Below are positions 59,916 through 64,000 of a stretch of DNA of 64,000 bases, piece by piece. The position numbers were made by a program, and so were the translations under genes. How positions within the stretch are numbered: the first letter of the stretch is position 1; every line of letters starts with the position of its first letter. Source of the DNA: the human T2T-CHM13v2.0 reference genome, Homo sapiens; the NCBI RefSeq assembly GCF_009914755.1, contig NC_060929.1; one strand, written 5' to 3'. The notes beneath the pieces are model-generated. The model saw nothing but the letters and a program-made list of their open reading frames with translations, did not search any database and was not told where the DNA came from.

Positions 59916-60023
59916 CAAGCAACAGAAGACACAGCATTAAAATACAGTGCACTACATCAGGACATTACAAAAGCTTAATTTAATAAATCTCTTGTCTGAT
60001 TCATTCTAATTCTGCTAGTATAC

Positions 60024-60431
60024 TGTAGAAAAGTACACTAGGTCCTGTTTGTGGCCTCCCCAGGTCAGCTCTGCCCACCCTACCCCTTGGGCATAAGCCA
60101 CTCTCCCAGTTTCCCAGGCATGCCACAGCAGCCCCAGTAAAGCAGCGGTTATCACTGCAATTGCCTCATGTTTTCCACCTCCCCATCCTTGCGGGCTTAG
60201 CCTGGGCAATGGCCTCTGACTTGACAGGAACCATCCAGCTACACGTGAGATGGACAAAGGCTCTGTATTCCCCAGGGACTCTGGGAGGGCCAAGGGTACC
60301 ATGGAGCAAACTTTGACCAATGAGAGACAAAAGACCTATGCACAGAAAAATTGCTCACCCTTTCTTCTCCATGTGGAATGTTTTACGACACAGCCTCACA
60401 GGCAATGTCCCTTGTAACTTAGCAACTAGTT

Positions 60432-60466
<35 letters not shown>

Positions 60467-60638
60467 GGGAAGCTCTGACAAGCTTAGTAATGCATTACCT
60501 TGTACATGGTTTCTCTTCTTCCCTACTGCTGTTCCTTTCACCCCCTCAACTCCACTTTTGCTTTCTTGGGATTGCATGACTCACCTCCCTCATAAAGCTA
60601 GCATGTAAGCTGTCCCTAGGGAATTTGATCAAAAACTG
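60024..60638 (+). mobile_element. LTR16-family (ERVL) solo LTR
   Basis: AACTTTGACCAATGAGAGACA; AGTAATGCATTACCTTGTA...; TTCTTGGGATTGCA...CCTCCCTCATAAAGCTAGCATGTAAGC. Confidence 0.65.
60432..60467. repeat. (TTG)12 microsatellite
   Basis: Directly visible. Confidence 0.98.
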
Positions 60639-62739
60639 TGAGATTTAGAAAAAAAGATGAGGCAACTAGATACAGTACAAGAATGAAAGAGAAAAAGTCA
60701 TAATATTTGACATCAATTTACTTATCTATGATTCCTTGGATTCTCTCAGTAGTGGAAGCTCTTAAGACCACATTACCACCTTATTAACAAAGAATAACTG
60801 ATAAAATCAACGGGACAATGGGTCTTTGAGAACAAACCATCATTAATTTTGTTCCACAGAGTCCAATTTCAATTATAACCTAAGATATGTTTGGAACCAC
60901 TTAATGCTATTTTATGAGAGAGAGACAGTTTTCTCTTTGAAAAGTCATGTTCCTTTGAATTTAACTAAAACGTAACAGGATGTTAAAACGAAACCCTGGC
61001 ATTTTTCTTTCCTTCAGAAATATGCCCACATTTTATAGAGAAAGCTATATATTGAGGTTCTGCAAACAACAAAATGCAATTTTCACATTAAACATGGATT
61101 CTAACATCTGGCATTTCTCCTAGTGCTTGCACATAATTATCCAAAATTGCAGTTTTTCCAACAGGGGACCCACAGTGGTAGCTCTGATTCATTCCACATT
61201 ATATATATGACCCTTTCTCTTAGTGAGGGTGGTCTTCAACACCAATGCTCCTGACTACTATCTTCCTTCAACTTACATGGAATACTTTTCCTCATGGCTC
61301 CAAATATATGAGCTCTAGGTTGTTATTCAGGGTTCTTTCATCCTCATTTTTTGTACCTTTTATGACTACTTTCTGAAAAGGCACATTTGCTGAGTTGGCG
61401 CCTCACAGGTGGTTTGGTTTGTGGCATATTTTAATAGCTATGAAACCATGAGTTCAGCTATTGGGTTGCAATGAGTTACATAATGCATGTGCAATTCAGT
61501 GCGCACCAACAAGAAGATTTTCCTAAGACCCCAAATGACCCAGGAAACGGACACATTGAAGGGGTTGCACCTCACCAAATGTCCCTGACAAGGATGCACT
61601 TATTTGGAAGGATGTGCCCTTACTCTGAAGGCTGGTGGTCTGAGGAGAGTAGATGTGGTAATCATCCAACTACATTAAGGCACATTTATTTCTGTTGCTT
61701 TTTGGTTCATTTTATTTTGATTTGGTTTGTTTTCTGTTCTTAGCAATCAGTCCATTTTATGAGTACTTTGGCAAGTAGTAGCAAAAGCTGTTTTCTCTAG
61801 GAAATTTTTAACCTTTCAAACACAGCAGAGATGTTAGGGACATTATAAATTCAATTAAATGTGGTCCCTGTTTCTGGGGTTGATGGTCATAACCATTTTT
61901 CTTTTTCTTACCACTCCAGTTTAATTTACTTGGAATGAAAAAAGTAAATCTGAGCTTCTGAGGATTATCAGTTGAGATTCTGGGCCTTTAAACACAATCC
62001 TCTCTGGTCTGGGCTTATTTGCAACCCAGCACTTCCAGAAATGCCCATCATTAGCTCAGGAGGATGAACTCCAAATAATCCACGTTCTATTTATCTCATT
62101 ATTCTCTATATTTATGTATTCATTCAATACGTATATCTCCCATACGCCAGCACTATGCAGATGATAGGGACATCATTTTGAACAACAGAAAAACCACTGC
62201 CTGAAGATACTGGGCCATGAAATTCTGTTCAAAGATATGTTTTGGCATTCATTTTGCAAATCTCTACATAGCATGAGGAGGAATGAAAAGAATAAATTAT
62301 ATCCTTCACTTATTCATGCATTCGTTGTCCATTTATTTAAAAAACATTTATTGAGAATCTATTTTGTGATAGGTACTGCACCGAATGCCAGGAAAAACAA
62401 GCATAAAAGATACAGGGTGTCCAGAAACCATCTGAAAAGGATGAATTTGACTACTCAAATATTTTAAAAGACTAAATGATAAAAAAAAATCCTAAACAAA
62501 TTAAAATTTTTTGAAAAGTTTACACAAATGAGGAGAGTTCATTTTCTTAATATACTCAAAACATTAACATATCCATAAAAAATAAACTCCTCAAGATAAT
62601 TGATTCAATGAGTCTTTGGAGGTAGGAGGGAACTGGCCCATAAATGTATGAAAGGTGACTAATTTTCTTTGCAATTAAATTAGATGGGGAAAATATGTTT
62701 TTTGTGAATCTCAGGGTCAGTGTGTATAGAAATACAAGC

Positions 62740-63150
62740 ATTTCTTGTGATGATGGTGGGATTGTAACTTAATATATTCTTTTTAGAAGACAGCTTGGCA
62801 ATATTTATGAAAATTTTAAATTCAGTTTCACAGCTAAGACTTTATTCAATGGGTAAACTCACAAAGATGTTCAGGCACAAGGATGCCTGCAGTGTTATTT
62901 GTATTAATTGTAGTAAAAACTGGAAATGACCCACAAGACTATCAATAGAGTTAAATGGGTTTTTAGACATAACATAATGCAATACTATGTGTCAAATAAG
63001 AATGATCATTATCTCTAGATCATGATCTGTATAAGCCCATACAAAAGGGCCCCAAGATACACTATTAAATTACAAAGAGCTTGGTGCAGAATAGTATTTG
63101 TAATACTCTCTCGGAGGATATGCAAGAAACTATTAACACTTTACTCCCGA
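62740..63150 (+). mobile_element. Ancient L1ME 3' fragment
   Basis: CAGCTTGGCAATATTTAT; AAAAACTGGAAATGACCCA; CCAAGATACACTATTAA. Confidence 0.65.
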
Positions 63151-63366
63151 CAGTCATGACCAAGCAATTAGAGTTGCCCCAGGTAACATCTATTTGCTAT
63201 CCTGCTCTGTCACATAACATTTACTGTAAGTAGAGCTCTCTCTGAGAAATGTGCTGGTCCAAGCTCTTTGAATATTTGTATACAGTTAAAATCAGGAAGA
63301 ACTGAAGATCACTGCAATTTTCAAAGGAATGAGGACTTTAAAAGGACAGCAGCAGCAAGGGAAAGG

Positions 63367-63480
63367 TAGGGTGACCAACTTGTCCTAATTTGTCCAAGAC
63401 TTTCCCAGTTTTAGCACTGAATGCCCCACATCCCAGGAAATCCCTCAGTGCCAGGCAAACTGGAACAGCTGATCACCCTC
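63367..63480. mobile_element. MER81 (hAT-Blackjack MITE)
   Basis: TIRs TAGGGTGACCAACT ... AGCTGATCACCCT; internal GTTTTAGCACTGAA. Confidence 0.88.
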
Positions 63481-63971
63481 ACCTGCCTTGGGGCTGCTGC
63501 AGAGGCCTAAGCATGAACCGTAGACACAAGAGAAACTGAGAAACTTTCTTTCTGCCCCCATCCTGGCTTCCCTGTACCTCTGCCCAGATGCCAAAGAGTC
63601 CTCCTCACTTTCCCACAGCCACAACTCCCGACTTCCCTTGCACCTCTGTCCTTTGGTACAAAGATTTCTACGTTTGCGTTAGTGATGTGACCTCTTGGAT
63701 TAGGATTTCCAAAACTAGAAATGTTTTTGGAGTTTATGTAGGGTTTTACAGGAGAAAAGAAGCTATTGTGAAAGAACTGTGAGGGAAGGAATTGGATATA
63801 GGAACAAAAGTTATTTTGGGGGCTAGAAATCATAAATCTAAATGGGTTTTCAAGGCAAAGAAAAACTTCATGGTATAGATAGGAAAGGATACAGTATTAT
63901 TCATTAGAAAAATGGAAATGGTATCTATGAAATTAATTTAGATTTAAACAAGAATATTTTAAGAGGGAAAG

Positions 63972-64000
63972 TTTCTTTTTTTTTTTTTTTTCTTGAGATG
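63972..64000 (-). mobile_element. Tail of an Alu that continues beyond the window
   Basis: Poly-T followed by GAGATG at the window edge. Confidence 0.7.

Overview
This is primate (human-like) genomic DNA: AT-rich, CpG-depleted and dominated by interspersed repeats. These include about 18 Alu/FLAM copies, L1PA/L1MA/L1ME fragments, two HAL1-like elements, L2, MIR, MaLR and ERVL solo LTRs, hAT DNA-transposon fossils and microsatellites. I recognise no protein-coding gene, and the supplied ORFs are short, mostly repeat-derived or random. The best non-repeat signal is a CpG-enriched, promoter-like block at about 53.4-54.7 kb with a perfect CRE, a TATA-like box, a G4 tract, (GT)21 and a minus-strand 5' splice site. 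Together with two exon-like segments at 18.6-18.7 kb and 16.8-16.9 kb, it suggests the 5' end (UTR exons and long introns) of an unidentified minus-strand gene or lncRNA. Several enhancer-like motif clusters and clear nested-transposon histories are also visible. I find no support for a new biological system. Repeat subfamily calls are from recalled consensus features, and boundaries of old repeats are approximate.
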